From Synergistaceae bacterium (lineage in GTDB: Bacteria > Synergistota > Synergistia > Synergistales > Aminobacteriaceae): a stretch of 50,347 nt of DNA. The notes under the pieces are model-generated. The model was not told the origin of the DNA. It did not search any database and saw only the letters and a program-made list of their open reading frames with translations. Within the stretch, counting starts at the first letter, position 1, and each line of letters starts with the position of its first letter. The position numbers and the translations under genes were made by a program. The stretch lies in contig JAFSKY010000124.1 of the NCBI GenBank assembly GCA_017448685.1, forward strand, positions 1-50,347, written 5' to 3'. Below, one piece after another: positions 17,782 to 26,948 of this stretch.

Positions 17782-20133
17782 TCATATCACCGCAAGCATG
17801 ACCCATCGCGTAATCATGGCCGCAATCCACGCTATAACACACTGCCACACGACAACGCCAAATGCCCATTTCCCGCCCATCTCACGACGAATCGAAGCCA
17901 CAGCCGCCGCGCATGGAGTGTACAGTAAGCTGAACACGAGCAGAGATGCCGCAGACACAGCCGGAATCACAGACGCAACATTGCTCCCGAAAAGAACCTC
18001 AAGAGTTGACACAACACTTTCTTTTGCGAGGAAGCCACATATTAGTGATGTGCATATCCTCCAATCCCCAAGCCCTAAAGGTTGGAACAATGGCACTATT
18101 ATTCCTGACACAGCCGCGAGAATGCTCCCGTCTTGATTGGCCGCAAGCCTCATGTGAAGGTCAAAGCTCTGCAAGAACCATATCACCACCGTAGCCACGA
18201 ATATCACAGAGAATGCACGCTGTATGAAGTCTTTTGCCTTCTCCCACATTAACATTGCAACAGTCCTCGCGCCGGGCATACGGTAATTCGGAAGCTCCAT
18301 CACAAAGGGTACAGCCTCGCCACGAAATAGCGTATTTCTGTACAGTAGCGCAACAAGAATCCCCATGACGATTCCCAACACATAAAGCCCCGTCATGATT
18401 AGCCCTTCATGCGCAGGGAAAAACGCATCGACAAAGAACGCGTATATGGGAAGTTTTGCGGTGCAGCTCATGAACGGAGTCAGTAATATCGTCATACGGC
18501 GGTCGCGCTCACTGGGAAGGGTTCGTGTTGACATTACAGCAGGAACTGTACAGCCGAATCCTATCAGCATAGGGACAATGCTACGACCTGAGAGTCCGAT
18601 TTTGCGCAACAACTTATCCATGAAGAACGCTACACGCGCCGTGTATCCTGTGTCTTCAAGAATCGACAGGAAGAAGAACAGCGTGATTATTATAGGTAGG
18701 AATGAGAGTACGCTCCCAATTCCGGCAAAAACGCCGTCAATAATGAAGCCGTGAATGACATCATTGACTCCCATTGCCGTCAAGAATGAGTCAGTATGTT
18801 CCGTGAGAGCCTCAATCCATCCTTCAAGGACTTCCTGAAAGTATGCGCCAATAACCTCAAACGTAAGCCAGAATATTCCGGCCATGACAGCAAGAAACAC
18901 AGGGATTGCCGTATATTTCCCCGTCAATATGCTGTCGAGCCTCTGACTCCTCAAATGTTCGCGACTCTCTTGTGGCTTCACGACAGACTCAGCGCACACA
19001 CGCTCAATGAATGCGAATCTCATCTCGGCTATTGCGGCGTTGCGGTCTAATCCTCGCTCATGTTCCATCTGAACGATAATATGCTCTAACATTTCACGCT
19101 CGTTCTGCTCAAGTTTGAGGCTCTGAATCACAAGCGCATCATTCTCTATCACCTTGACCGCCGCGAAACGTAACGGGATATTTGCGCGTTCTGCGTGATC
19201 CTGTATGAGGTGTGATATTGCGTGAATTGCACGGTGTACCGCTCCTCCGTGATCGTTCTCGTTGCAGAAATCATAGCGGGAAGGTTTCTCCTGATACTTT
19301 GCAATGTGTACAGCGTGATTCACGAGTTCGTCAACGCCCTCATTCTTTAACGCCGATATAGGCACAACAGGAACTCCAAGCAAAGACTCCATGCGGTTAA
19401 TGTCAACAGTTCCTCCGTTACCGCTCAATTCGTCCATCATGTTCAAGGCTATCACTGTTGGAATTTGCATCTCCAATAGTTGAACGGTCAAATACAGATT
19501 GCGCTCAATGTTCGTTGCGTCAACGATATTGATTACGGCTTTGGGCTTCTCGTTGAGTATGAAGTTACGTGAGACTATTTCCTCGCCGCTGTAAGGGGAC
19601 ATTGAGTATATGCCCGGCAAGTCTGTAATGAGCGTATCAGGATGCCCGCGTATGATTCCGTCTTTGCGGTCAACAGTAACGCCCGGAAAATTTCCGACTC
19701 TCTGGCTTGCTCCTGTCAGCTGATTGAAGAGTGTAGTTTTGCCGGAATTTTGGTTGCCTGCCAGCGCGAATGTGAGAGTTGTTCCTTCAGGGAGTGGCTC
19801 AGATTCTCCGGGAACGTGATACTTGCCTTCCTCGCCTAGTCCGGGATGCTCTATGCTGTGAAGGGCGTTGATGAATCTCCCGGCAGCTTCCGTGTCATTG
19901 GCTGGCCTAACTGTGATTCTTGATGCGTCCGCAGCCCTCAGTGTAAGCTCATAGTCATGTATCCTGAACTCTAGCGGATCTCCCATAGGTGCGGGGCGTA
20001 TCATCTTGACCCTTGCGCCGGGTATTATCCCCATGTCCAAAAGGTGCTGGCGTAAGTGGCCTGAGCCGCCTACAGAATCGATAATTGCACTCTCGTTGAC
20101 GTTCAAGTCGCGGAGAGTCATAGCTTCGTTCAT
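17782..20133 (-). CDS. feoB: Ferrous iron transporter, FeoA-FeoB fusion
   Basis: An N-terminal FeoA-like domain (LRDLNVNESAIIDSV...GIIPGARVKMI) is followed by the G-domain GNQNSGKTTLFN, DLPG, NMMD and a polytopic C-terminus. I chose ATG 20133. Confidence 0.9.
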   Translation of the reverse strand: MNEAMTLRDLNVNESAIIDSVGGSGHLRQHLLDMGIIPGARVKMIRPAPMGDPLEFRIHDYELTLRAADASRITVRPANDTEAAGRFINALHSIEHPGLGEEGKYHVPGESEPLPEGTTLTFALAGNQNSGKTTLFNQLTGASQRVGNFPGVTVDRKDGIIRGHPDTLITDLPGIYSMSPYSGEEIVSRNFILNEKPKAVINIVDATNIERNLYLTVQLLEMQIPTVIALNMMDELSGNGGTVDINRMESLLGVPVVPISALKNEGVDELVNHAVHIAKYQEKPSRYDFCNENDHGGAVHRAIHAISHLIQDHAERANIPLRFAAVKVIENDALVIQSLKLEQNEREMLEHIIVQMEHERGLDRNAAIAEMRFAFIERVCAESVVKPQESREHLRSQRLDSILTGKYTAIPVFLAVMAGIFWLTFEVIGAYFQEVLEGWIEALTEHTDSFLTAMGVNDVIHGFIIDGVFAGIGSVLSFLPIIITLFFFLSILEDTGYTARVAFFMDKLLRKIGLSGRSIVPMLIGFGCTVPAVMSTRTLPSERDRRMTILLTPFMSCTAKLPIYAFFVDAFFPAHEGLIMTGLYVLGIVMGILVALLYRNTLFRGEAVPFVMELPNYRMPGARTVAMLMWEKAKDFIQRAFSVIFVATVVIWFLQSFDLHMRLAANQDGSILAAVSGIIVPLFQPLGLGDWRICTSLICGFLAKESVVSTLEVLFGSNVASVIPAVSAASLLVFSLLYTPCAAAVASIRREMGGKWAFGVVVWQCVIAWIAAMITRWVMLAVI

Positions 20134-20281
20134 GTTTGATTCCCCCAAAAAGTTGTGATGAATGAATTATATCGTTAAATTTGCGGATTCGTTGCGGGAA
20201 GCAAAACACCCCCTAAGTGCGTATGTTTAGTGTCGTATGCTTTTGCGCGTAACAAAATCTGAATATTACGGAGGCAGCTTC

Positions 20282-21241
20282 ATGGAAGATAATCACGATA
20301 TATTTCGCGAAGTAAGCGAAGGAATCCAGAAGTCAGACATTGGCGAGGCGGAAAAGAAAAAGGTCTTTGACATCCTGCTTAACATGCGCAATCAGAAAAT
20401 CAACCTCATGATTACTGGCGGGACAGGCGTGGGCAAAAGCTCAACCATCAACGCGCTTTTCGGGCGTGAGATTTCGAGGGTAGGCATTCACGCAGAGCCT
20501 GAGACGATGGAAATCAGCAAATACGAGCTGAACGACAAAATCACTTTGTGGGACTCTCCTGGACTCGGCGATGGAATGAAGGACACTGAACACGCACGGA
20601 AGATTGTTGACCTTCTTCACCGCAAAGACTCTTCAGGCGCGTACATGATTGACCTTGTGCTTGTGATAGTTGATGCCGCGTCAAGGGATTTGGGAACGAC
20701 ATACAGCCTAATCAGTGATGTGATTGTGCCGAATTTGGGCGATGATAACGACAAGAGAACGCGAATCATTGCCGCCCTCAACAAATGCGATGCTGTAATG
20801 CCGAGACACTGGGACTACACCAACAGCAGGCCGGACGCGAAACTCACAGCGGAGCTTGACAGCAGGGCAGACACTTTCAGGCGTAGGGTCAAGGAGACGA
20901 CCGGTGTTGACGTTGACACGATGTACTACTCAGCGGGCTACAAGGAGGACGATAACGGAGAGCAAGATAAGCCGTACAACCTCGCAAAATTATTGTCGCT
21001 CATACTCAATCACACCCCCGACAAGAAACGCCTTGTGCTGATGGATAACGTTTCAAGGGACAAAGAAGCATGGAAGAGTAATGACAGAGATTACAGCAAA
21101 GACATTCGGGACTCAGTGAGCAAAGGCATCAGAGCCACAGCAGGAGCTGTAACGGGCGCGAAAATAGGAGCTACGATAGCCGGACCTATTGGTGCTGTTG
21201 TTGGAGGCATTATAGGCGGTATAGTTGGCTGGTTCTGGTGA
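20282..21241 (+). CDS. Small TRAFAC GTPase (YfjP/YeeP-like) with a C-terminal glycine-zipper hydrophobic tail
   Basis: GGAGG RBS. G1 is GGTGVGKSS, G3 is WDSPGLGD and G4 is NKCD. The tail reads GAVTGAKIGATIAGPIGAVVGGIIGGIVGWFW. Confidence 0.8.
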   Translation: MEDNHDIFREVSEGIQKSDIGEAEKKKVFDILLNMRNQKINLMITGGTGVGKSSTINALFGREISRVGIHAEPETMEISKYELNDKITLWDSPGLGDGMKDTEHARKIVDLLHRKDSSGAYMIDLVLVIVDAASRDLGTTYSLISDVIVPNLGDDNDKRTRIIAALNKCDAVMPRHWDYTNSRPDAKLTAELDSRADTFRRRVKETTGVDVDTMYYSAGYKEDDNGEQDKPYNLAKLLSLILNHTPDKKRLVLMDNVSRDKEAWKSNDRDYSKDIRDSVSKGIRATAGAVTGAKIGATIAGPIGAVVGGIIGGIVGWFW

Positions 21242-21247
21242 TGTAAC

Positions 21248-21922
21248 ATGCTCAGGGAGTACAGGCTACATGACATTGACAGCAGGCTTCACAGAATGGG
21301 GGCGCGTCCTCTTGACGTGATGTTAATCGGCGGAACTGGCACGGGGAAATCCACAACCCTCAACGCAATATTTCAGACTGACACGGCAAAAGTAGGTCAT
21401 AGCTTCGCGCCTGAAACTATGAACGTCAGCGACCACATGCTTAACGACATTTTCCGCCTTTGGGACACACCGGGCCTCGGCGATGGTTTCGACAACGACA
21501 AATCACACGTCAGGAAAATCACGGAGCTTCTGCACAAACCATACGGCAAATACAACGAGTACGGGATAATCGACCTTGCGCTTGTTGTGGTTGACGCAAG
21601 CACGAGGGACTTGGGGACAGTCTATAGCCTCATTGCTGACGTATTGCTCCCTAACATCAACGCCGACAGAATATTGACGGTCATCAACCAATGCGACATG
21701 GCCATGAGCGGACGACACTGGGATTTTTACAGCAATACCCCCGACTCCGCGCTAAAAGCCTTCCTTGATGAGCAGGCAGAGTCAATCCGCAGACGAATCC
21801 GCGAAACTACAGGCGTGAATATCATCCTCCCGGTGTATTACTCAGCGGAATACGGCTACAACATCGAGAAGGTGCTTGACCTGATTATTGACCATATACC
21901 AAAGGAGTGCAGAAAATTGTAG
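21248..21922 (+). CDS. Small TRAFAC GTPase, paralog 2
   Basis: Motifs GGTGTGKST, WDTPGLGD and NQCD. It starts 6 nt after the previous stop. Confidence 0.8.
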   Translation: MLREYRLHDIDSRLHRMGARPLDVMLIGGTGTGKSTTLNAIFQTDTAKVGHSFAPETMNVSDHMLNDIFRLWDTPGLGDGFDNDKSHVRKITELLHKPYGKYNEYGIIDLALVVVDASTRDLGTVYSLIADVLLPNINADRILTVINQCDMAMSGRHWDFYSNTPDSALKAFLDEQAESIRRRIRETTGVNIILPVYYSAEYGYNIEKVLDLIIDHIPKECRKL

Positions 21923-21935
21923 GGGCGGTGAGGCT

Positions 21936-22700
21936 ATGAGACTATCAGAATATAGGCTTCAGGACATTGAAGACAAAGTGCAAAGAATGCAGGCGCGTCC
22001 TCTTGACGTTATGCTAATCGGCGCAACAGGTACAGGCAAATCCACGACTCTTAACGCGCTCTTTGGGAGTGAACGTGCAAAAGTCGGTCATGGCTTCGAC
22101 CCTGAGACAATGAGCATATCAGAACACAAGCTGAATGAAGTTATGCGTCTTTGGGATACTCCCGGGCTTGGCGATAATGCAGAAAAGGACAAAGAGCACG
22201 TGAAGAAAATCGTTAGCAAGCTCCGAGAAACATTTATGGTCTCATTTGAACAGGGATTCAGAGAAGCAGGCAGGTATTTGCATGATGGAGGACACGTAAA
22301 CGATAACTTTTTCGACTTGCTTTGCGGAACATATGGTCTTATTGACTTGGTGCTTGTTGTCATTGACGGCTCAACGCGTGATTTGGGTACGGTCTATAGC
22401 CTCATTGTAGACGTGCTTTTGCCAAACATTCAGGCCGACAGAATCCTGACGGTCATCAATCAGTGCGATATGGCCATGAGCGGAAGGCACTGGGATTTTT
22501 CCCGCAACACCCCCGACTCCGCGCTAAAAGCCTTCCTTGATGAGCAGGCAGAGTCAATCCGCAGACGAATCCGGGAGACTACAGGCGTGAATATCATTCT
22601 CCCTGTGTATTACTCAGCGGAATACGGCTATAACATCGAGAAGGTGCTTGACCTGATAATCGACCATATACCACTGGAACGCAGAAAGCTCACGCGTTAA
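21936..22700 (+). CDS. Small TRAFAC GTPase, paralog 3 (with an internal ~27-aa insertion)
   Basis: Motifs GATGTGKST, WDTPGLGD and NQCD. The C-terminal half is almost identical to paralog 2. I chose ATG 21936. Confidence 0.8.
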   Translation: MRLSEYRLQDIEDKVQRMQARPLDVMLIGATGTGKSTTLNALFGSERAKVGHGFDPETMSISEHKLNEVMRLWDTPGLGDNAEKDKEHVKKIVSKLRETFMVSFEQGFREAGRYLHDGGHVNDNFFDLLCGTYGLIDLVLVVIDGSTRDLGTVYSLIVDVLLPNIQADRILTVINQCDMAMSGRHWDFSRNTPDSALKAFLDEQAESIRRRIRETTGVNIILPVYYSAEYGYNIEKVLDLIIDHIPLERRKLTR

Positions 22701-22806
22701 TTTGATGGTTTGAAGCATGAGGGCTTCCCGGAATTTTACGGGGAGTCCTTTTTGTTTTGGGATGCCAAGCCAGAACCTTAACGCCTCAGAATTTGCGCAT
22801 TACCAC

Positions 22807-22839
22807 AAAAAAATTCCCCCAAGCCTTCAAGCCCGGGGG
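22807..22839 (-). terminator. Intrinsic terminator after the truncated surface-protein remnant
   Basis: The minus strand has hairpin CCCCCgggcttgaaggcttGGGGG followed by aaTTTTTTT. Confidence 0.65.
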
Positions 22840-22858
22840 AAAATCAAATCGCCTGCTG

Positions 22859-23572
22859 TTATTCCGCCGTGATATAAAGCTCCTCAGATTCTGTTGCACC
22901 GTCAGAGGATTTCACGCAGACTTTGAAGTCCTCTCGTACAAATTCCGCTGGAAGGATGAACGTTCCATCATCAGAAATTTCGATACTCTTTGCGGGTACA
23001 TCGTCAACGTAAACAGCAGCCCCGGATATTTCCGCGCCTAGAATAAATGTAACGGGCATTCCAGCTTTCACGGTGATTTCGCCTGTCTTGGTACTAATCT
23101 TGAGTCCGTCAGAGAGCAAGCCTCGCGTCATCGTCCATTTGCGTGTGGTTGTTCCGCCCAAGCCTGTTAGCATGAAGCTATAAGGTGCGCGGCGTGTTGC
23201 GTCTGGGATATTCTCGGTGAAAATTGTGGGCTTGCTGACTTGTGGAAGTTCGCCGTTGTAAGCGATTGCAATATTGTCCGGGCAGCCTATGAGATCGATT
23301 CCGTTGAGGCCATTTCCATTGCAGATAAGCCCCATAAGGAACTTGCCCCCGCTAACATTAAGCTCGGCAATTTGGTTTGATTCGTATTCTAGGTTGTATA
23401 TAGCCGTGCATTTGCTGACATTGAGAGTAGTTATTCCATTACTCCAGCAGCCCAATATTGTCAAAGCCGCGTAATTATTCATGTCAAGGGCTTTTATCTG
23501 AATGTCATAGCAATACAGCTCGGTTAAATACGTGTATTTGCTTGCGTCAAGAGCAGTGAGCTGGTTAAAGTA
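22859..23572 (-). pseudogene. 5'-truncated remnant of an LRR / He_PIG surface-protein paralog
   Basis: The frame is open from 23572 with LRR sequence (YFNQLTALDASKYTYLTELYCYDIQIKALD) before the first ATG. There is no signal peptide or RBS. One He_PIG unit is present. The C-terminal domain (...DFKVCVKSSDGATESEELYITAE) matches the end of 4660..9012 (...DFRVRVKSSNGETESQELYIISE). Confidence 0.7.
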
Positions 23573-23636
23573 TCACTGCAAGGAAACAAAGACGACAAAT
23601 AGTGTGCTGTGCTGTGCGATTGTAGGCGACATTGTA

Positions 23637-24083
23637 TTATTTCTTTCTGCGCAAACTCTCTCTTGCCTTCCTGAATTTTTCGGGAATCTCTGAGTCTGGA
23701 AGATCTTTGAGTCCTGAGTCGCTTCCACGCTGGCAGGCTGTCTCATAGTACCAGCATTTATACTCCATGACATCGAGAACGCCTTTAAGCCTTTCAAGCT
23801 CCTGCTTTAGAATCTCGCGGCGTTTACGGAATATCTCAAGCCTTCCCGTTAAAGCTCCTTCTTTGCCGTCCATGTCTATGAAGCGTTTTATGTCCTTGAG
23901 TGAAAGCCCTGAACGTTTGAGGCAGTCAATCAGCCTAAGTTGCGCGCAATCCTCCTCAGTGAATATGCGAGTGTTGTTCATGTCGCGTTTGAGATGTGGA
24001 AGAAGCCCCTGCTTGTCATAATATCTCAATGTTGATGCAGGAAGCCCGGTAAGCTCTGAGATGTCTTTTATCGTGTAAGGCAA
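23637..24083 (-). CDS. MerR-family transcriptional regulator
   Basis: N-terminal HTH YTIKDISELTGLPASTLRYYDKQGLL followed by a coiled coil. Confidence 0.9.
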   Translation of the reverse strand: MPYTIKDISELTGLPASTLRYYDKQGLLPHLKRDMNNTRIFTEEDCAQLRLIDCLKRSGLSLKDIKRFIDMDGKEGALTGRLEIFRKRREILKQELERLKGVLDVMEYKCWYYETACQRGSDSGLKDLPDSEIPEKFRKARESLRRKK

Positions 24084-24226
24084 AATGTTTATCCCTCCGC
24101 TTTATGTTGTGGAATAATTTTACCGCCTTATACTAGCTTCAATGCACACAATATCTTTTGTGGAGATTAACTATATTCGCCTAACTGCTATAATCATGCG
24201 ATTATCACAACTGGAGGTCTTGTTTC

Positions 24227-25630
24227 ATGTCAGAAAAACCGCGTGAGACTTTTGCCAGCCGCTTGGGATTCATATTCATCTCAGCAGGTTGCGCAATAGG
24301 TCTCGGAAATGTATGGCGCTTCCCCTTCATCACAGGGCAATATGGCGGGGCGGCGTTCGTCCTCATCTACATATTATTCCTGCTTGGATTGGCCATGCCG
24401 ATAATGTCTATGGAGTTTGCTGTAGGCAGGGCATCGGGAAAAAGCGTATCACGTTCATTTGCTGTGCTGAGTCCAGAACATAAAGCGTGGTCATTATGGG
24501 GCTATGCTGCGTGGGCTGGGAATTACGTCCTCATGATGTTTTACACGACTGTAACGGGCTGGATGCTGGCGTATACGTACTATTCAGCGGCGGGGACTCT
24601 CTCAGGGCTTGACGCTGAAGCTACCGGGAAATTCTTCGGTGATCTCCTCGCGAATCCGAATGAGCTTGTGTTCTGGATGGCTCTCACTGTCATAATCGGA
24701 ACGCTTGTATGCTGGATGGGACTCAGGACTGGAGTTGAGCGCGTAACAAAGTTCATGATGTGCGGGCTTCTCCTCATAATGATAGCTCTTGCGGCGCGTT
24801 CAGTAACTCTTGACGGCGCGGAGAAGGGACTCGAATTTTACCTCAAGCCCGATTTCGGCAAGCTGATATACGATGAGTCCGGCGCGGTGTCATTCAAGCA
24901 GCTCGGCACGACATTATACGCGGCATTAGGGCAGGCATTCTTCACGCTCTCAATCGGTATAGGCTCAATGGCTATTTTCGGAAGCTATATCGAGAAGGAT
25001 CGCTCATTGATGGGTGAGAGCCTCATAGTTACGGGGCTTGATACGTTCGTGGCACTGACAGCGGGATTAATCATATTCCCGGCGTGCTTTGCATACGGCA
25101 TAAATCCCGGAGCCGGTCCAGGGTTAATCTTCGTTACATTGCCCAACATATTCAGCCAGATGCCAAGCGGAAAAATATGGGGAGCATTGTTCTTCCTGTT
25201 CATGAGCTTTGCAGCACTCTCAACGGTTATAGCAGTGTTCGAGAACATCGTAGCTTGCTTCATGGATCATTTCGGATGGTCGCGCAAAACTTCCTCAATC
25301 ATCATGGGCGTTACTGTGCTGATTCTGTCAGTACCATGCGCATTAGGCTTCAACGTTTGGTCAGACATTCAGCCTTTGGGAGCTGGTTCAGGCGTTCTTG
25401 ACCTTGAAGACTTCATTGTGAGCAACAACCTTCTTCCTATTGGCGCGTTAGTGTACCTACTTTTCTGCGTAACTCGTTACGGCTGGGGTTGGGACAAGTT
25501 CATAGCTGAGTCTGACCAGGGTGAAGGGCTGAAATTCCCGGCATCATTGCGCTTCTATTTCACGTGCATTGTGCCTCTAATAATACTCGTGATTCTGTTC
25601 ACGGGATATTGGCAGACGTTCAGCAAATAG
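24227..25630 (+). CDS. Sodium-dependent transporter, neurotransmitter:sodium symporter (SNF) family
   Basis: AIGLGNVWRFPF motif and ~11-12 TM segments. Confidence 0.9.
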   Translation: MSEKPRETFASRLGFIFISAGCAIGLGNVWRFPFITGQYGGAAFVLIYILFLLGLAMPIMSMEFAVGRASGKSVSRSFAVLSPEHKAWSLWGYAAWAGNYVLMMFYTTVTGWMLAYTYYSAAGTLSGLDAEATGKFFGDLLANPNELVFWMALTVIIGTLVCWMGLRTGVERVTKFMMCGLLLIMIALAARSVTLDGAEKGLEFYLKPDFGKLIYDESGAVSFKQLGTTLYAALGQAFFTLSIGIGSMAIFGSYIEKDRSLMGESLIVTGLDTFVALTAGLIIFPACFAYGINPGAGPGLIFVTLPNIFSQMPSGKIWGALFFLFMSFAALSTVIAVFENIVACFMDHFGWSRKTSSIIMGVTVLILSVPCALGFNVWSDIQPLGAGSGVLDLEDFIVSNNLLPIGALVYLLFCVTRYGWGWDKFIAESDQGEGLKFPASLRFYFTCIVPLIILVILFTGYWQTFSK

Positions 25631-25677
25631 CGCGGTTTATGCTATAATTGCGACAAATCAAAGAGGGAGGAATAACG

Positions 25678-25833
25678 ATGAAGTATGTTTGCACGGTATG
25701 CGGGTATGTGTATGACCCCGCGGCAGGAGACCCCGATAACGGAGTAGCCCCCGGCACGAAATGGGAGGATGTCCCAGAGGATTGGGTATGCCCTCTCTGC
25801 GGAGTCGGCAAGGATCTGTTCGAGGCTCAGTAG
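25678..25833 (+). CDS. Rubredoxin
   Basis: [14 protein letters not shown]...[13 protein letters not shown], with GGAGG RBS. Confidence 0.92.
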   Translation: MKYVCTVCGYVYDPAAGDPDNGVAPGTKWEDVPEDWVCPLCGVGKDLFEAQ

Positions 25834-25861
25834 GATCTGAACGCACAACGAAGACAACAAC

Positions 25862-25897
25862 GCCCCCGGCTGAAACATGGCCGAGGGTGTTTTTTTG
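25862..25897 (+). terminator. Intrinsic terminator after rubredoxin
   Basis: A GC-rich hairpin is followed by a T7 run. Confidence 0.65.
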
Positions 25898-25951
25898 TGC
25901 GCTATGAGGGGTTAATGTGTGAAAATGCTCATGCACTTTAGCCCGCGATTT

Positions 25952-26110
25952 TTGCGTTATCGTTCAACCTGTGCTATATTTCAGCGTAACGGCTCTCCTG
26001 CACGACTCAACATGTCGTCGGGGAACTAAGAAGCCTACACTCTGAGTCTATATCCATAACGCATATAACAGTCAGGGTCAGGCTTGCACGATGAGCCGCC
26101 CTGATTTTTT
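25952..26110 (+). promoter_or_regulatory. infC operon promoter plus leader with an intrinsic terminator (L20-leader-type attenuator candidate)
   Basis: TTGCGT, 17 nt, then TGcTATATT (25952-25980). The ~120-nt leader ends in hairpin TCAGGG...CCCTGA plus T6 (26072-26110), 50 nt before infC. Confidence 0.5.
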
Positions 26111-26161
26111 GTTGCGCCAATCATCACACGCTGCGGCATATCTTGAAAGGAGGAGGAATTT

Positions 26162-26701
26162 TTGCCCGGCAACGAAGAAAATACCCCGCGCATTAATCAC
26201 GAAATCACATCACCACAGGTCTTATTGGTTGATGAAAACGGGGTCAAAGTCGGAATCACAAGCACAATCGAAGCCATACGAATGGCACAGGAACAATCAC
26301 TTGACCTCGTGGAGGTAGCACCACTCGCACAGCCGCCCGTATGCAGAATCATGGATTACGGGAAATACCGCTATCAGCTCCAGAAAAAAGAAAAGGACGC
26401 TCGCAAAAAGCAAAAAGTCCAAGAGCTGAAGGAAATCAAAATGCGTCCCAAAATTGATGACCACGATTTTGACTTCAAGACCAAAGCGGTAAGAGCATTC
26501 CTCGAAAAAGGGCATCGCGTGAAAGTCTCAGTATTCTTCCGTGGAAGGGAAATGTCATTCCTCGATAGGGGAGAAGAAGTACTGAATCGCGTTCTCGCTG
26601 AATGCGCTGATGTCGGCAAATGCGAGTCAAAGCCCGTCATGGAAGGAAGGTACATGAGGCTCATGCTTACGCCTATTTCAGGTGGAGGAGCTTCAAAGTA
26701 G
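26162..26701 (+). CDS. infC: Translation initiation factor IF-3
   Basis: INHEITSPQVLLVDENG...DLVEV....PPVCRIMDYGKY. TTG start after AGGAGGAGG. Confidence 0.93.
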   Translation: MPGNEENTPRINHEITSPQVLLVDENGVKVGITSTIEAIRMAQEQSLDLVEVAPLAQPPVCRIMDYGKYRYQLQKKEKDARKKQKVQELKEIKMRPKIDDHDFDFKTKAVRAFLEKGHRVKVSVFFRGREMSFLDRGEEVLNRVLAECADVGKCESKPVMEGRYMRLMLTPISGGGASK

Positions 26702-26728
26702 TAACAGGAAGGAGAAGAATTATCAGCA

Positions 26729-26932
26729 ATGGCAAAACAAAAACTCAAATCACACTCAGGCGCGAAAAAACGCTTCTTCAAGACAGCATCAGGCAAATTC
26801 GCGTACAGGAAGTGCAGCAGGTCGCATATCCTCGTCCACAAAAAGCCCTCACGTATGCGCCGCCTCAAGGAAACTGGCTACGTAACGGAGACTCTCACCG
26901 AGCAAATGAGGCACTTACTGCCCTATGACTAG
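26729..26932 (+). CDS. rpmI: 50S ribosomal protein L35
   Basis: MAKQKLKSHSGAKKRF....G. Confidence 0.93.
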   Translation: MAKQKLKSHSGAKKRFFKTASGKFAYRKCSRSHILVHKKPSRMRRLKETGYVTETLTEQMRHLLPYD

Positions 26933-26948
26933 AAAGGACTGACACACT

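Noticed and set aside
24084-24226. MerR operator in the divergent merR/SNF intergenic region
   Set aside because: I found only a weak dyad (CACACAAtatcTTTTGTGG) and no promoter with the 19-20-bp spacer typical of MerR-activated promoters. That is not enough to annotate it.
26374-26868. 164-aa minus ORF and other ORFs overlapping infC/rpmI
   Set aside because: They are antisense or out of frame to highly conserved translation genes.
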